NCBI RefSeq assembly: GCF_009914755.1
Contig: NC_060936.1
DNA: 64,000 nucleotides
Source: the human T2T-CHM13v2.0 reference genome, Homo sapiens
Strand: one strand, 5' to 3'
Position 1 is the stretch's first letter. Each line of letters opens with the position of its first letter. The notes beneath the pieces are model-generated. The model did no database searches and was not told where the DNA came from. It saw only the letters and a list, made by a program, of their open reading frames with translations. This document shows, one piece after another, positions 1-18,315 of the stretch. The translations under genes were made by a program, and so were the position numbers.

Positions 1-386
1 ACAACAGCCCTAGGAAAACTAATATAGTATACAGGGTTTTCACAGATGACCATATTTTTCTCTTTCATGGGGATAGAAGGCCAATGACATGTATTTAGTT
101 AAAATAAACAAGCAAAATATATGTAATTACAAACAAAGCATAAATTAGGCCATCCAGAGAAGCCTGCCAGAGTAGCTAAAGAGTTCTGCATGTTCCACGA
201 CAAAACATTTATAGTATATTCAGCTGCAATTTAAGGATAGTTCTGATATCTTAAGGAGCATAAAGTTCTTTTTACAACTTATTCTTTAAAAGATGTTAAA
301 CATTGAGGAACTAACATTAGAGAGTGTCTATCATATGCCAGGCCCAGTGAAAGACATTTTATTTTTTGGATGTAATCTAATCCTTA

Positions 387-2799
387 TGTTTTAGTTGGTT
401 CTCACACTACTATGAAGAAAAACCTGAGACTGGGCAATTTACAAAGGAAAGAGGTTTAATTGACTCACAGTTCCACATTGCTAGGGAGGCCTCAGGAAAC
501 TTACAATCATGGCAGAAGGCACCTCTTCACAGGGAGGCAGCAGGGAGTGAGTGCAAGCAGGGGAAGTGCCAGACACTTATAAAACCATCAGATCTAATGA
601 GAACTCACTCACTATCACAAGACTAACATGAGGGAAACCACCCCCATGATCCAATCATGTTCCACCAGGTCCCTCCCATGACACATTGGGATTATGGGAA
701 CTACAATTCAAGATGACATTTTGGTAGGGATACAGCCAAACCATATCATTCCATCCCTGGCCCATCCCAGTCTCATTTGTTCACATTTCAAAACACAATA
801 ATCCCTTTCCAACAGCCCCACAAAGTTTTAACTCATTCCAGCATTAACCCAAAAGTCCAAGTCCAAAGTCTCATCTGATATAAGGCAAGTTCCTGCTGTC
901 TATGAGCCTGTAAAATCAAAAGCAAGTTAGTTACTTCCTAAATACAATGAGAGTACAGGCATTGGGTAAATAGACATGTTCTGAATGGGAAAAAATGGCC
1001 AGGATGAAGGGACTACAATTCCCATGCAAGTATGACATCCAATAGGTAGTCATTAAACCTTAAAGTTCCAAAATGATCTCCCTTGACACCATATTTCACA
1101 TTGATGCAAGAGGTGGGCTCCCAAGGCCTTGGCTTTGCAGAGTACAGCCCCCTCCTGGCTGCTTTCATGAGCTGGTGTTGAATGTCTGCAGCTTTTCCAG
1201 GCACACAGTGCAAACTGTCAGTGGATCTACCATTCTCGGGTCTGGAGGACAGTGGCCCTCTTCTCACAGGTCCACTAGGCAGCGACCCAGTGGGGACTCT
1301 GTGTGGGGGCTCCAACCCCACATTTCCTTTCTGCACCATCCTAGCAGAGGTTCACCATGAGGGTTCTGCTTCTGCAGCAAACTTCTGCCTGGACATCCAG
1401 ACATTTCCATACATCCTCTGAAATCTAGGTGGAGGTTCCCAGATTTTAATTTTTGACCTCCATGTACCCACAGGCTCAACACCACATGGAAGCCACCAAA
1501 GCTTGGGGCTTGCACCCTCTGAAGCAATGGCATGAGCTGTACCTTGGACCCTTTTAGCCAAAGCTGGAGCTGAAGCACTTGGGATGCAGGGTACCATATC
1601 CCTAGGCTGCACAGAGCAGGGGAGCCCTGGGCCCAGCTCAGGAAACCATTTTTTCCCTCCTATGCCTCCAGGCTTGTGATAGGAGGGGCTTCTGTGAAGG
1701 TCTCTGACATGCCCTGGAGACATTTTGCCCATTGTCGTGGTGATTAACATTCAGATGCTAATTGCTTATGCAAATTTATGCAGCAGGCTTAAATTTCTCC
1801 CCAGAAAATGGGTTTTTCTTTTCTATCACATCCTCAGTCTGCAAATTTTCCAAACTTTGGTGCTCTTGTGGTGAAACCCTGTCTCTACTAAAAATACAAA
1901 AATTAGCTGGGCATGGTGGCAGGTGTCTGTAATCCCAGCTACTCAGGAGGCTGAGTTAGGAGAATCACTTAAACCCAGGAGGTGGAGGTTGCTGTGAGCC
2001 AAGATCACACCACTTCACTCCAGCCTGGCAACAGAGTACGACTCTGTCTCAAACAAAAAAGGAAAAGAAATTTCTTCCACCAGATACCCTAAATCATCTC
2101 TCTCAAGTTTGAAGTTCCACTGATCCCTAGGGCAGGGGCAAAATGCTTCCAGTCTCTTTGCTAAAGCATAACAGGAATGACCTTTGCTCCAGTTCCCAAG
2201 AAGTTCCTCATCTCCATCTGAGACCAACACAGCCTGGACTTCATTGCCCATATCACTATCAGCATTTTGGTCAAAACCTCTCAACAAGTCACTAGGAAGT
2301 TTCAAACTTTCCCATATCTTACTGTCTTCTTCAGAGCCCTCCAAACTGTTCCAGCCTCTGCTGTTACCCAGTTCCAAAGTTGCTTACACATTTTTAGATA
2401 TCTTTACAGCAGCACCCCACTACCTCATATCAATTTACTATATTTGTCTATTCTCACACTGCTATGAAGAAATACCCAAGACTGGGTAATTTATAAAGGA
2501 AAGAGGTTTAATTGACTCACAGTTCCTCATACCTGTGAGGCCGCAGGAAATTTACAATCGTGGCAGAATGTACCACATCACAGAGTGGCAGGAGGGAATG
2601 AATGCAAGCAGAGGAAATACCAAACACTTACAAAACTGTCAGATCTCATGAGAACTCACTCACTATCATGAGAACAGCATAGGGGAAACCACCCCCATGA
2701 TCCAATCACTTCCCACCAGGTCCCTCCCACGATACATGGGAATTATGGAAACTACAGTTCAAGATGAGATTTGGGTGGGGACACAGCCAAACCATATCA
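387..2799 (-). mobile_element. Full-length THE1 (THE1D-like) ERVL-MaLR element: LTR 387-748, internal region, LTR 2439-2799
   Basis: Two ~360-bp direct LTRs ending ...cagccaaaccatatca; 5-bp TSD CCTTA at 382-386 and 2800-2804; purine tract on the minus strand abutting the left (3') LTR. Confidence 0.9.
1868..2070 (+). mobile_element. 5'-truncated Alu (AluS-like) nested in the THE1 internal region
   Basis: ggtgaaaccctgtctctactaaaaatacaaaaattagc...gactctgtctcaaacaaaaaa; lacks the first ~100 nt; no TSD seen. Confidence 0.88.
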
Positions 2800-2934
2800 C
2801 CTTACTCTGATATTGAAATTACAGTATCTTCACTTTCCAAATAAGGACATTATAGAGTAGTTGCCTAAATTATAAGTAACTTCCCTAAGATCACACCATA
2901 GTAAGTAGCAGGGGTAAAATCTGAACCTAAGTCT

Positions 2935-3073
2935 AAGGCAGATCTAGGTTTTGTGGGACCTAAGCTTACACAATAGGTAGGGGGAGAGCAAAAGACAACA
3001 GAACATGAAATGCATTGCCTTGTGCTAGTGAGAGGCCCTCAAGCTTAAGCTTTATCTGGTTAGCTCCTGCCTG
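2935..3073 (-). mobile_element. Old hAT-Tip100 MITE (MER69A/Arthur1-like)
   Basis: gcagatctaggttttgtgggacctaagcttac...aagcttaagcttt resembles the recalled consensus termini. Confidence 0.45.
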
Positions 3074-3150
3074 AGCGTCCCTGACGTCCAAGCATTTTAT
3101 TTTTCCAGGCATTAGACAAGTAATACAAGTTAGTTATAGAAAAATAATAA

Positions 3151-3492
<342 letters not shown>

Positions 3493-6400
3493 TAAAAATC
3501 ACTCAACATTCTGCCAGCCAGAGTTAATTGCTGTTAAGTACAGATTGTATACATCCTTGAAGAGATCTTCCTATACATTTTATATCTTGTTTCTTTTTCA
3601 TTTAATATATTATTGACATTGAAAACATAAGCCACAACACAACAGTTTCCTGTTTATAAATATGTAGTGGCTTCTATATCAATTTTTATTAGTTTTTTGT
3701 ATCAAAATAACATGTTATTAATTTAAAAATAAAATATTGCTGTTAAGCTTACAGCTAATAACAGGAACCCCTGTAACTCCATCATCCAAACTCATACCCT
3801 AGAAGCAATCTTTTTCATCTCTAGCTATTTTTTCTTGCATTTCCTCTAAAATTTAAGATATTTATCTAATATTCTCTAAGATATTATCTACTGACCTTCT
3901 AATATGGAATACATGAACTTAATATTTTCCCATTTCTCTTAATTTTTTGTTCTTTCATTTTTCTAAACATTTTAGTTCTTAATATTCAGAAATTACCTTT
4001 TTATCATTATGCTAATGTCATTCATTGACAAATCAAGAGATACATATTTTCTTTCTTGTGCAACATATTTTCTTCTGGAATTAATAATGGTCATTATTTA
4101 TTAGTTATCATTTATTCCTTTGTTACCAGTTCTTTCAAATACTCAGGCAGAACTCTGAACCCTTCTGAACACTACATTCTACATGGTCACACGTTAAATA
4201 AACTTTTCATTCCAGTTTGTTGTTGTTTTCGATAAAGACATTCCTGCTGGTCTTCCAAATATACTGCTGTTTTCTAGGCCTGCAACTCAGCTACTGACGT
4301 GAGATCTCCCTGGGCTCTTTTATGATGATTCCAGTTTTCTTTGCTCCAACATTTAATGTCCAAGTTGTTCTCTTTATTCACTCCCTCATTTTGGTGGAAT
4401 ATATCCTGATAATAGTTTCCAAAGCATGTGTATATGGAAGACAAATTATTTGTGAAATGTGAGTGCCTGAAATGTCTTTATTCTCATATGTGTTTAATAA
4501 TGTCTGGCTACAGATTTGAAGCTCAGAAATAACTTTCCAACAGGATTTTGAAATCATTACTCTATGGCCTTTAAGCTTCCAACATTGATGAGGAACCCAA
4601 GGTCATGCTGATTCTCAATCTTATCTAGGTGACCAGCTTTTATTCCCCACTCCCCAGAAGATTTTAGGGTTCTTGTTTTCCCCTTAGTTTCCAATATTCC
4701 TAATGATGTGCCTGATGTCATCTTCCATTCATTGGTCAAAAATTCAATGATCTCTTCTAGTTTAGAGACTCACATGTGTCTATTCTAAGAATATTTCTTG
4801 TATTATTTCTTAGATAAGCCCATCTTCTTTGTTTTTTTTTCTGAAGCTCTAATTTTATTGAAATATTTTGTTTAAATAAAATATCAATATATTTAATCAT
4901 GTATTTTGTTATTTATTCCATTTTTATCACTTCATTATTTTATTATTATTAAATAAATTGACTCCAATTTTGGTATTTGTTTTTAGCCACTGTATGGTTT
5001 CATATATTTCACTGAACTTAAGGCATAGTTTTCCTTTAAATATCTTGACTTTTTAAAAATTTCTTTTCTAACTTTTCAAGTTAGCATATTTGGGTTAGTG
5101 ATGAATACGAAAGAACAAGTTGAACACAGGTTAGCAGGGAGAATGAGTAATGTTTGGCTACTTACATAAGTATTACAGCAAAACAAACTTGTGATGTCCT
5201 AAGCTCTTTTAACGTTGATGAGCTGCTGTGTTCTGACAACTGAATTAGTCATCTTTCGTGCTACATCATGGTGTGGAAGAATCCCATGAAAATGTGCATT
5301 ATTCACTTATGGAATACCAAACATCCAGTCTTCTTTGTTCATGGTTAGCTTTACTTTTTTAACAGGAGAAAAATGATAATTTTTTGAAGATTTTTTTCTC
5401 TATTATGATATGTCACAATAGCCACCAAAGCAATGATTTTTTTTTCCTTTTGAAAGAATAAGATTGGTGAGCACTTTCAGAATGTTCTAGGTAACATGCA
5501 AACTCTCTCTCACATTTTTTTTTAAAATATTTATCTCTCCAAAAATTGCTGCCAATTTTATTTAACAAATCTACTCATTCTGGTCTTTGTTCCCATTTCT
5601 CAAATGGTACCAATGACTTGATGCTTATTAATCCAATGTTAATTTTTATCTCACTCAAGCTGCCTTGATACTGTTAACTATTCATTAGCCACTGAGTGAA
5701 TGAAATGAGTAATTTTCCTGCATCACTCAGTACTACATCCTTGGTCCTTTGCTTCTGACTCTAAGTCTAGTTGCTCAAGTTTGTACATGTTCATAATTTA
5801 AATTGCCATTTGCATGCTAACAACTACAATATTCAAAACAACCTATATCATTTTTCATCACATTAAGCTCTTGTATCCTAAACAATTGATATGCTGCACA
5901 GTTACCTATCTCTGTGCCAGTTCAGCTGTGTAGGGAAGCTAATTTGCAGGGACAAGGGGAACCACTGAAATACATTCCATTCCCACATTCTCTTTAAATT
6001 AACCTTTTATGAAATGTTATTTTCTGGCCATGACGATTCTTATAGTTCCCTTTAGTCTCAGATCTCCTATAGCGTTCAGTTTTAGCCATTGAGCTTTTGT
6101 GTTTTGCTTTAAATCTGCTTGTTTTCTTTACCCAGTCATATTGTAAATTCATGATAAGCAGAGATTATATTCTCTACCATTATATCCCTAAGAGCGTCCT
6201 TCACTGGGCAAGGGTAGGTACTCATTAAATACTCATTGAAAGTTTTTAATCAAATTGGTGGGATTTTCCCCATATTTTGAATTCAGCTCAAACATCATTT
6301 AATACATATCCTTTTTTTAGTTTAAAAAAATCACAAACTAAGACTTTTTAATCTGGTTACTGGCCTTTAATTTAATGTTAACTGCCACTATTAGGTTGCA

Positions 6401-8686
6401 TTACTGATCCAAAGAAAATACTGACTGTTGGTTATTTTCTGGCTTGTGATTGATGAAATGTTATTGAGTAACATTAGGTCATATTCTTTGTCAGAATGTG
6501 ACTTGGAATTTGGCAGCTACACCATCAATTAGCAATATTGCTGATAACCTGTATTTTATATAGCAAGTAATTTGTTTTTCCATAGTAGCTGGTAGAAGGA
6601 GAGAAGAAAATGATAGTTAATCATCACCACAAGTCATCTGTAGTAAAAATAATACATTTGAAATATTCTTTAATGCTCTTTTTAAAAATCTCTTAAAATC
6701 TTTATGTGGTTATGTGTGTGCACACATGCATGAGTATCTTGGTAGGATTTCTGATCCAACATTAAGTATTAATTTACTTTATTGCCCACTTTTAATCTAG
6801 CAATTTGATGCTTCATTTATTACCTAAATTTTTGAATCAGAGTCTAATATTCATGTTGCCATACCAAGGTTCCAGGAGCATTTACATTGCCAAGCCAAAG
6901 AGTTGCTAACTTTGCCTATTTTTTGTTTCCCTTTTCTGAAATGCATTTTATTGAAACAAACTCAGATTTCACTGCTTTTCACATTTTAAAGTAAGTGAAA
7001 AAGTGTTTAATGTCTACTATGTATCAAGTAATGTGGTAGGTACTTTTCATAATTCAAAAAAAAAATAGGACCTAAATAACTTAGACCAAAATAATGCACA
7101 GCTTGTTAGGTACCCATCTGATTTTTATTCTTCAATCTTTTCTGTTCTCAAGTCCAACTTTCAACTATTGATCCACCACTAACACAGACATTACAATTTT
7201 CTGCTACATACTTCTAGAAATATAATTGATATTGAAATTCTCAGGCCCACATTGAATAATAATGTTATGACTTTGAACTAGCACAAACTAATACTGTGTA
7301 ACATTGATTGACTAACAGTACATTAGAATGAAGTAACCAAAAAATCTGGGAGGGAAAAACTATTTTTCAGTGTTCTAAGTAACATAATTAACATGTCATC
7401 AATGATAAGAGTTGCCCAGTTTGGAATTAGACTATCAAAATCATGCACATTCATGGCATTAACTCAGTTACCCTACCCCATAAAAATAAAAATATTATAG
7501 ATTTCCACTTATTCAACCCACTTTTATTTTCACCAAGACTATCAATTTGTGTTCTAAAGAGCATAAATAATATATCCCATGCCTCAAAAGTGAACATGTA
7601 TACAAAAGTAGACAGGAAGAGCAATAAGCTTTTTTGAAAGAAACTAAAGCAGTTTGGGAAAGTTATATACTTAACAGTTCTTAATGAAGAAGCCACTATT
7701 TTTAAAAGTTCTTGCTTTAGAATTTATGACCCAATTGATAATGAAATAAAGGATTAATTGCTTCAAGTCAGATTTACAAATCTAAGATGCTGCTATAATT
7801 CATTCAAGATTTTCTATGTATAAACTAATACATTTTATAAAGTTAAGAATTATTAATTTCCATGAACCTTTACTTCTTAGTGTATACTAGCCAATTAATA
7901 ACCATTGACCAACTATTCTGAGACTCTGTCCTATCAGCATTCACAAGCTGCCATGCCTACAGACCTATGGGTGATAATCAGGCATACATTCAATGCTTGG
8001 TGAGGCATATTCAGGCATACATGAGTTTATGGACTATAAATGCAGTAATTGCATTTTAATGTAATTTTCTTAAAAGTAAATTTTTCTGAGCTACATCTGT
8101 GTTGATATTCTGAATTATAGTTTTTCTAAATAGTTATTTGAGAGTGACAGTAATCAAACACACCCAACCTATAATATTTAAGAATGATGTGGGCACATTT
8201 TCTGCATTTCTTTCCAAATGGGCCTTTTAGACAAGTACACCTATCTCTGGCTTAATTATTTTAATTTTTTCAGGAAAACTCTTCTGCTGGGTGAAAATTT
8301 TTAAGTGAAAAAAAATCCATGTATTCTAATAGGAAAAATTATTAGATATCGCCCCATTCCACCCAAAGATATCCAGTTTTCATAGGTAGAAAAACGTTTC
8401 AATTGAATGAGGACAAGTTTATATATTTTAAAGGATTTGAAAATAAATACATAAAGTTTGTACATAAAAAGCAAGGTAATAAAGGTTTATTACATCCATC
8501 AAAGTATTTGATAGTGGGCTAAGGTTGGTAGAGTTAGTGAAGGAGGATGCAAAAGAGTCATTCTTTGGAAGATGGTAGAAACTCAAGGAATGAGACTTGA
8601 TCTTTGGATTTATCAACATGAAAGTCATTGATGGCCTTGAAAAGAAGAATTCCTATAAAGACTAATGAAATGTTAGTAAGTTATCT

Positions 8687-9014
8687 CTTTATTTATTTAT
8701 GTTTTCAATACAGGGTCTCGCTCTGCCATCCAGGCTGGAGTGCAGTGGTGCGATCACAGCTCACTGTAGCCTCGACTTCCAGGGTTGGCCTCCCACCTCA
8801 GTCTCCAGAGTATCTGCTGCTACAGGCATGCACCACCACACCTGGCTAATTTTTTGTATGTATGTATGTATGTATGTATTTACTTACTTACTTATTGTAG
8901 AGTGGGGGTTTCACCATGCTGCCAAGGCTAGTCTCAAACACTTGGGTTTAAGCAATCTGCTCACCTTGGCCTCCCACAGTGGTAGGATTACAGGTGTGAG
9001 CCACCATGCTTGGC
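8687..9014 (-). mobile_element. Alu (AluJ-like) with a (TATG)n microsatellite in the linker
   Basis: cagggtctcgctctg...atcacagctcactgtagcctcgac...; tatgtatgtatg at ~8858-8879. Confidence 0.88.
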
Positions 9015-9754
9015 TTCTTTTTAATATTTTATTTGTGGTAGGTGTTAATTGTTCTTCTGGAGTATATTAGCCTAATTATTTTTTTTAAAAAAAACAGTAT
9101 AGTTATTTAAAATAATCAGATATTCCTTGTTGTTGTTTCAGCACCAATATTTAATTACCAACCCCTTCTTTCTTTCAACTCTTGTGTATCTCCTGTGTAC
9201 TATGTTCACTTTTTAATATAGGAAGTTAAATGAGGTACATCATATCTGATCTCTTAAAAGCTTTATAACAGAATGAGACAATTTATGGTGAAGAGGTAGT
9301 AAAGAGTAAGACAAGACTTAGTTCAAATCCCAGCCTGAGTCCTCTTCAAGAGGACTAATTATATTGTGAATATATGAGTGTAAAATACTATTAGTTAATT
9401 GATCCCACAGTAAATGTTCTCATCTAGTGTGAGAAAAACATCTTAATGTGTCCAGTACAGCCACCAACACCTAATAAGTGAGGGATGCTATACATTCCCC
9501 AAACCCTTAAGTCACCAACAGTGATAAACCTCATTTCATTCATAAGACATGTTTAAAAACAATGAAATTCCTTTAAAAATCTAATTCAGATTTTTTACAA
9601 ATTAACATTAGCATATTGACAACTTAACCAAGTTGTGGAAACACTTAACTAAAATTAAATCATAAATTCACTGAAGTGTTCCAGTTCTTTATTATGATGT
9701 ATATTTTACACATTTTGTTTGTATTGACATGTTGAAATGGTGGGTTTTTAAAAT

Positions 9755-11409
9755 TTTTGTCTTTATTTTAAGTTCTGGGATACATGTACAGGATGTGCAG
9801 GTTTTCTTACATAGGTAAACATGTGCCGTGGTAGTTTGCTGCACCTACCAAACCATCACCTAGTTAGTAAGCCCAGCATGCATTAGCTATTATTCCTGAC
9901 ACTCTCCCTCCCTTCACCCCACCCACTGACAGGTGCCAGTGGGTGTTGTTCCCTTCCCTGTGTCCATGTCTTCTCATTGTTCAGTTCCCACTTACAAGTG
10001 AGAACATGCAGTGTTTGGTTTTCTGTTCCTTTGTTAGTTTGCTGAGGATAATGGTTCCCCATTCCATCCAGGTCCCTGCAAAGGAAATAATCTCGTTCCT
10101 TTTTATGGCTTCATAGTATTCCATGATGTATATGTACTACATTTTCTTTATCCAGTCTATTGTTGATGGGCATTTGAGTTGATTCCGTGTCTTTGCTATT
10201 GTGAATTGTGCTGCAATAAACACAGAGGTGCATGCATCTTTGTAATAGAATGATTTGTATTCTTTTGGGTACATACTCAGTAATGAGATTGCTGGGTCAA
10301 ATGGTATTTCTGATTCTAGATCTTTAAGGAATCACCACACCATCATCCACAGTGGTTGAACTAATTTACATACCCAACAGTGTAAAAGCGTTCCTATTTC
10401 TCTGCAACCTCGCCAGTATCTGCTGCTTGTTAACTTTTTAAAAATTGCCATTCCAACTGGCATTAGATAGTATCTCCTTGTGGTTTTGATTTGCACTTCT
10501 TTAATGATCAGTGATGTTTAGCTTTTTCCTGTTTGCTGGGCACATGAATGTCTTCTTTTGAGAAGTGTCTGTTTATGTCCTTTGTCCACTTTTTAATGAG
10601 GTCTTTTTTAAATTGTAAATTTGTTTAAGTTCCTTGTAGATTCTGTATATTAGACCTTTGTCAGATGGATAGATTGCAAAAATTTTCTCCCACACTGTAG
10701 GTTGCCTGTTTGCTCTGATGATAGTTTCTTTTGCTGTGCAAAAGCTCTTTAGTTTAATTAGATCCAATTTGTCAATTTTTGCTTGTGTTGCAATTGCTTT
10801 TGGTGACTTTAACATGAAATCTTGGCCCGTGCCTAAGTCCTAAATGATATTGTCTAGATTTTCTTTTAAGGTTTTTTAAGGTTTTGGGTTTTACATTTAA
10901 GTGTTTAATCCATCTTGAGTTAATTTTTGTCTAAGGTGTGAGGAGGGGGTCCAGTTTCAACGTTCTGCATATGGCTAGCCAGTTTTCCTAGCACCATTTA
11001 TTAAATAGGGAATCCTTTCTTCATTGTTTGTTTTTGTCAGGTTTATTGAAGATCAGATGCTTGTAGATGTGCAGTCTTATTTCTGAGCTCTGTATTCTGT
11101 TCCATTGGTCTATGTGTCTGTTTTTGTACTGGTATTATACTGTCTTGGTTATTGTGGCCTCGTAGTATATTTGAAGTCAGGTAGCATGATGCCTCCAGCT
11201 TTGTTCCTTTTGCTTAGGATTGTCTTAGCTATACGAGCCCTTTTTTGGTTCCATATGAATTTTAAAATAGTTTTTTCTAATTCTGTGAGAATTTCAATGG
11301 TAGTTTAATGGAAATAGCATTGAATCTATAAATTACTTTGAGCCGTATGGCCAGTTACATGATATTGATGCTTGCTATCCATAAGCATGGAAAGATTTTC
11401 CATTTCTTT
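9755..11409 (-). mobile_element. Older L1 (L1PA10-13-like), 3' part; interrupted by a younger L1 and resumes at 15053
   Basis: 3' UTR type ttaagttctgggatacatg...acataggtaaacatgtgcc; degenerate ORF2 C-terminal pieces (ORF 10573-10815). Confidence 0.85.
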
Positions 11410-15037
<3,628 letters not shown>

Positions 15038-15052
15038 TTTTTCCATTTCTTT

Positions 15053-15390
15053 GTGCCCTCTGATTTCCTTGAGTAGTGGTTTGTAGTTCTCCTTGAAGAG
15101 GTCCTTAGCTGTATTCCTAGGTATTTTATTCTCTTTGTAGCAATTGTGAATGGGAGTTCGTTCATGATTTGGCTCTCTGCTTGCCTGTTGTCAGTGTATA
15201 GGAATGCTTGTGACTTTTGCGCATTGATTTTGTATCCTGAGACTGCTGAAGTTGCTTATAAGCTTGAGAAGCTATTGGGCTGAGATGATGGAGATTTCTG
15301 GATATAGGATCATGTCATCTGCAAACAAAGACAGTTTGTCTTTCTCTCTTCCTATTTGAATACCCTTAACTTTTTACTCTTGACTGATTG
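15053..15390 (-). mobile_element. Continuation of the older host L1 (RT region)
   Basis: Continues the L1 sequence where 11409 stops (...ccatttcttt|gtgccctc...ttgtagttctccttgaagagg). Confidence 0.82.
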
Positions 15391-15849
15391 TATACTTTAC
15401 ATACTTAAAGCCATTTGTATTAAGTTTCATTCCATAAACGTTTAAAAATTATTTAGTAAAAAAAAAAACTCCTAGTGATAAGGCTATTTTTTTCACTCTC
15501 TAATTTTAATAATTAGACTCAAACACTATGTCTGTCCAATTTTCTTCATTCTGGTATTCTACATTAGGTAAACATTTAAAATTCTATTATCTGCTATATT
15601 ATGCTTTATCAGGGACACTGGTTTGATTTTCTTTATTTTAGGAAGCACTGTCACCTCCTTCTTTAAAACATTTTTACTATTTTAAAATTTGCACTGTATA
15701 TTTTTCTAAGCTGTGTGGTTAACAAAGCAGTACAAATTAATTTGTAAAGTACCAACGGGTTATATAAACATTTGAACACAGACATCGTCTTCTGATAGGG
15801 TCGATGACGTATGTGGTCGCCCTGATGCTATTTACACAATGCTCTAGAG

Positions 15850-16043
15850 AATTTTCTATAAAGGGCCTGCAGATAGTTAGCATTTCAGGCCTTGAGGTCC
15901 ATACAGTCCCTGTTACCATGGTAGTAGGAATAAACCATAGACAATACATCAACAAATTGATGTAACTTTATTCCAATAAAACCTTAGTGACAAAATAGGT
16001 GGCAGGTCAGATTCATCCTTTAGGTCATAGTTTGACAACCCTT
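15850..16043 (+). mobile_element. MER58A-like hAT-Charlie MITE
   Basis: aagggcc..gatagt...ttccaataaaac...tagtttgacaaccc, flanked by an 8-bp direct repeat CTCTAGAG (15842-15849 and 16044-16051), typical of a hAT TSD. Confidence 0.7.
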
Positions 16044-17950
16044 CTCTAGAGAACCAAATATGTGCTATGTTATGACTTTCTCAGTAGACTATATTATTTT
16101 AGTGACACATGCTTTTTTAACATTAAGTTCCGAGTTAGAAGAAGAACATAGGAGTTTATTCAACTTTATCTTCAAGGTACATGCTGTGGGTTACTTCATG
16201 AGTGTGAAACTATATTATTAAAAGTTATTTTGGATTCTTCAGAAGCTAAACCAATTCAGATGTGATTTAAGAAAAGTTTGCATACAAAGAATTCTATAGG
16301 GAATAGTAGTTAAGCCTTCACTTCACTATGAACCAGTGAAGTTTAGGTTTATATCCTTAAAAATTAGTATGTTTAATCTTAAATATTAACAGGAACTACT
16401 TGTGATTTATTCAATTTAAGGAGTATGTAGAGAGGGCGAGACAACATGTAAATTTCAAAATTACTGAGATGATTTATTTAGGAATGTTTGTGAGGCTGAT
16501 TATAAACATAATTTTAAAATAAAATTTTAGAAATGAAGAATATAAATGCCTGTCTGTTAAAAAGTAAATTATTATACTAAAATGTAAGAAGCAATGTCTC
16601 CTTTTCAAAAGTAAAGGCATGAGTGTGGTAAGATATAACATATGAAAAATGTGAAAATAAATGCAAAACCCACAGGTCATGGGAAAAGAGAAAAAGGTTA
16701 GTAAGTAGGGCAACAGAATATATTTACAAGTAGATAATAATGATATTAATATTTTGATTTTATTATAATTATTTGTGGAAACTGAAGTATTATTCAATGG
16801 TGACACAGAGTGTGTCACAGATCAATGCACCCATCAAAATACTCTTCTGCTTGAGAAAAAGGGACGGTAAGACCTCATTTCAAAAGGTTTTCTGTTAAAA
16901 ATTTACTTCAGACACGGTTATTAGATTAGACTCTAAACTCAAGCTGTACACTGCCAGCTGTAATATACACAGAACAATTAAATTTGGGAGATTTTATGAG
17001 TCAACGGACAGAAAGTCTACACTATTAAAACTATTCTAGGGGATTGCTTTTCTGAACGCTAAGTAATTTAGTGTTTACCAAAAGAAGCATAGAAACTCAT
17101 ATTTTAATATGAATATTGAACCAATTTCTTCCTCTGATAAATTTCCATAATACAATCGGACATTTTGAAGGATCTAAAGAACTGTTAATTTTGGTAAGTG
17201 CGTATCTCCAGTTTGTCAATAGAACAAGATCTATGGACACTTAGATGCCAAATCTAAGTCTTCATGCCTAATCTTAAAATCAGAGTACAGCCGTTAGCAT
17301 ACATGAAAACAGAACTTTTAGAGAAACAGGAGCTAACTTTCCTTTGGCAATTTTCTGCAGATAATTAAATAAAGCAGAATTACCAATAGCTAGCAAGGAT
17401 TGTTGACTTCAAATTTAGCTATATGTATTTTTTTTTGTGATTGGTGATATTTTATTGCACCTTATTTTTAATTTTCAAAGTTCATAATAATTGAATATTT
17501 AGACAATTTCCTTGCAACTTTCAAAGGACTGCTGCTAATTTTATTAGCAGTTGTTCCAGAGATATATATGTCTGTTAAGGTTCCAACAGGTTATAGGAGG
17601 TATGTATTAAGTGTGTAGTAGAAAATATATCAATGATAGTATTTATCAGACGAATGGAGAGCAATTAAAATTAGAGGTCGGAAAAGACATACATGGAAAT
17701 TAAGTAAAAGATAAAAGACTAGGAAAAGATGGAATTCCATCCTTCTTACCTGCTCCAACCTAGACTGTTTCACTGTCTTTACCCCCTCGTTCCTTCCTGT
17801 ATCATCAAGTGTACAGACAGCAGAAATTATGCCAAGTAAGTGAAGCCCAGAGTTGAAGGATAGGGTGAAGAACAAAAAAAATAGATTTTATAAACTATAT
17901 TGATGACCCCAATCCTCCTCACACATCTCTATTATTTGAAAGAAGTTAGA

Positions 17951-18315
17951 TGATATGGTTTGGCTGTGTCTCCACCCAAATATCATCTTGACTTGTAGCT
18001 CCCATAATCTCCATGTGTCATGGGAAGGATCCAGTGGGAGGTAACTGAATCATGGAGGTGGGTTTTCCCATGCTGTTCTCATGATAGTGAATAAATCTCA
18101 TGAGATCTGATGGTTTTATAAAGGGCAATCTCCCCTGCACATACACTCTTGCCTGCCGCCACGTAAGACATGCCTTTGCTCCTCCTTTGCCTTACCACAG
18201 GACTATGAGGCCTCCTCAGACATGTGGAACTGTGAGTTCATTAAACCTCTTTTTCTTTATAAATTACCCAGTCTCAGATATGCCTTTATTAGCAGTGTAA
18301 GAACAGATTAACACA
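17951..18315 (+). mobile_element. THE1-family solo LTR (THE1B/C-like)
   Basis: tgatatggtttggctgtgtc...ataaattacccagtctcag...gaacagattaacaca. Confidence 0.88.

Noticed and set aside
1013-2489. Cluster of 66-132 aa ORFs
   Set aside because: They lie within the decayed THE1 internal region.
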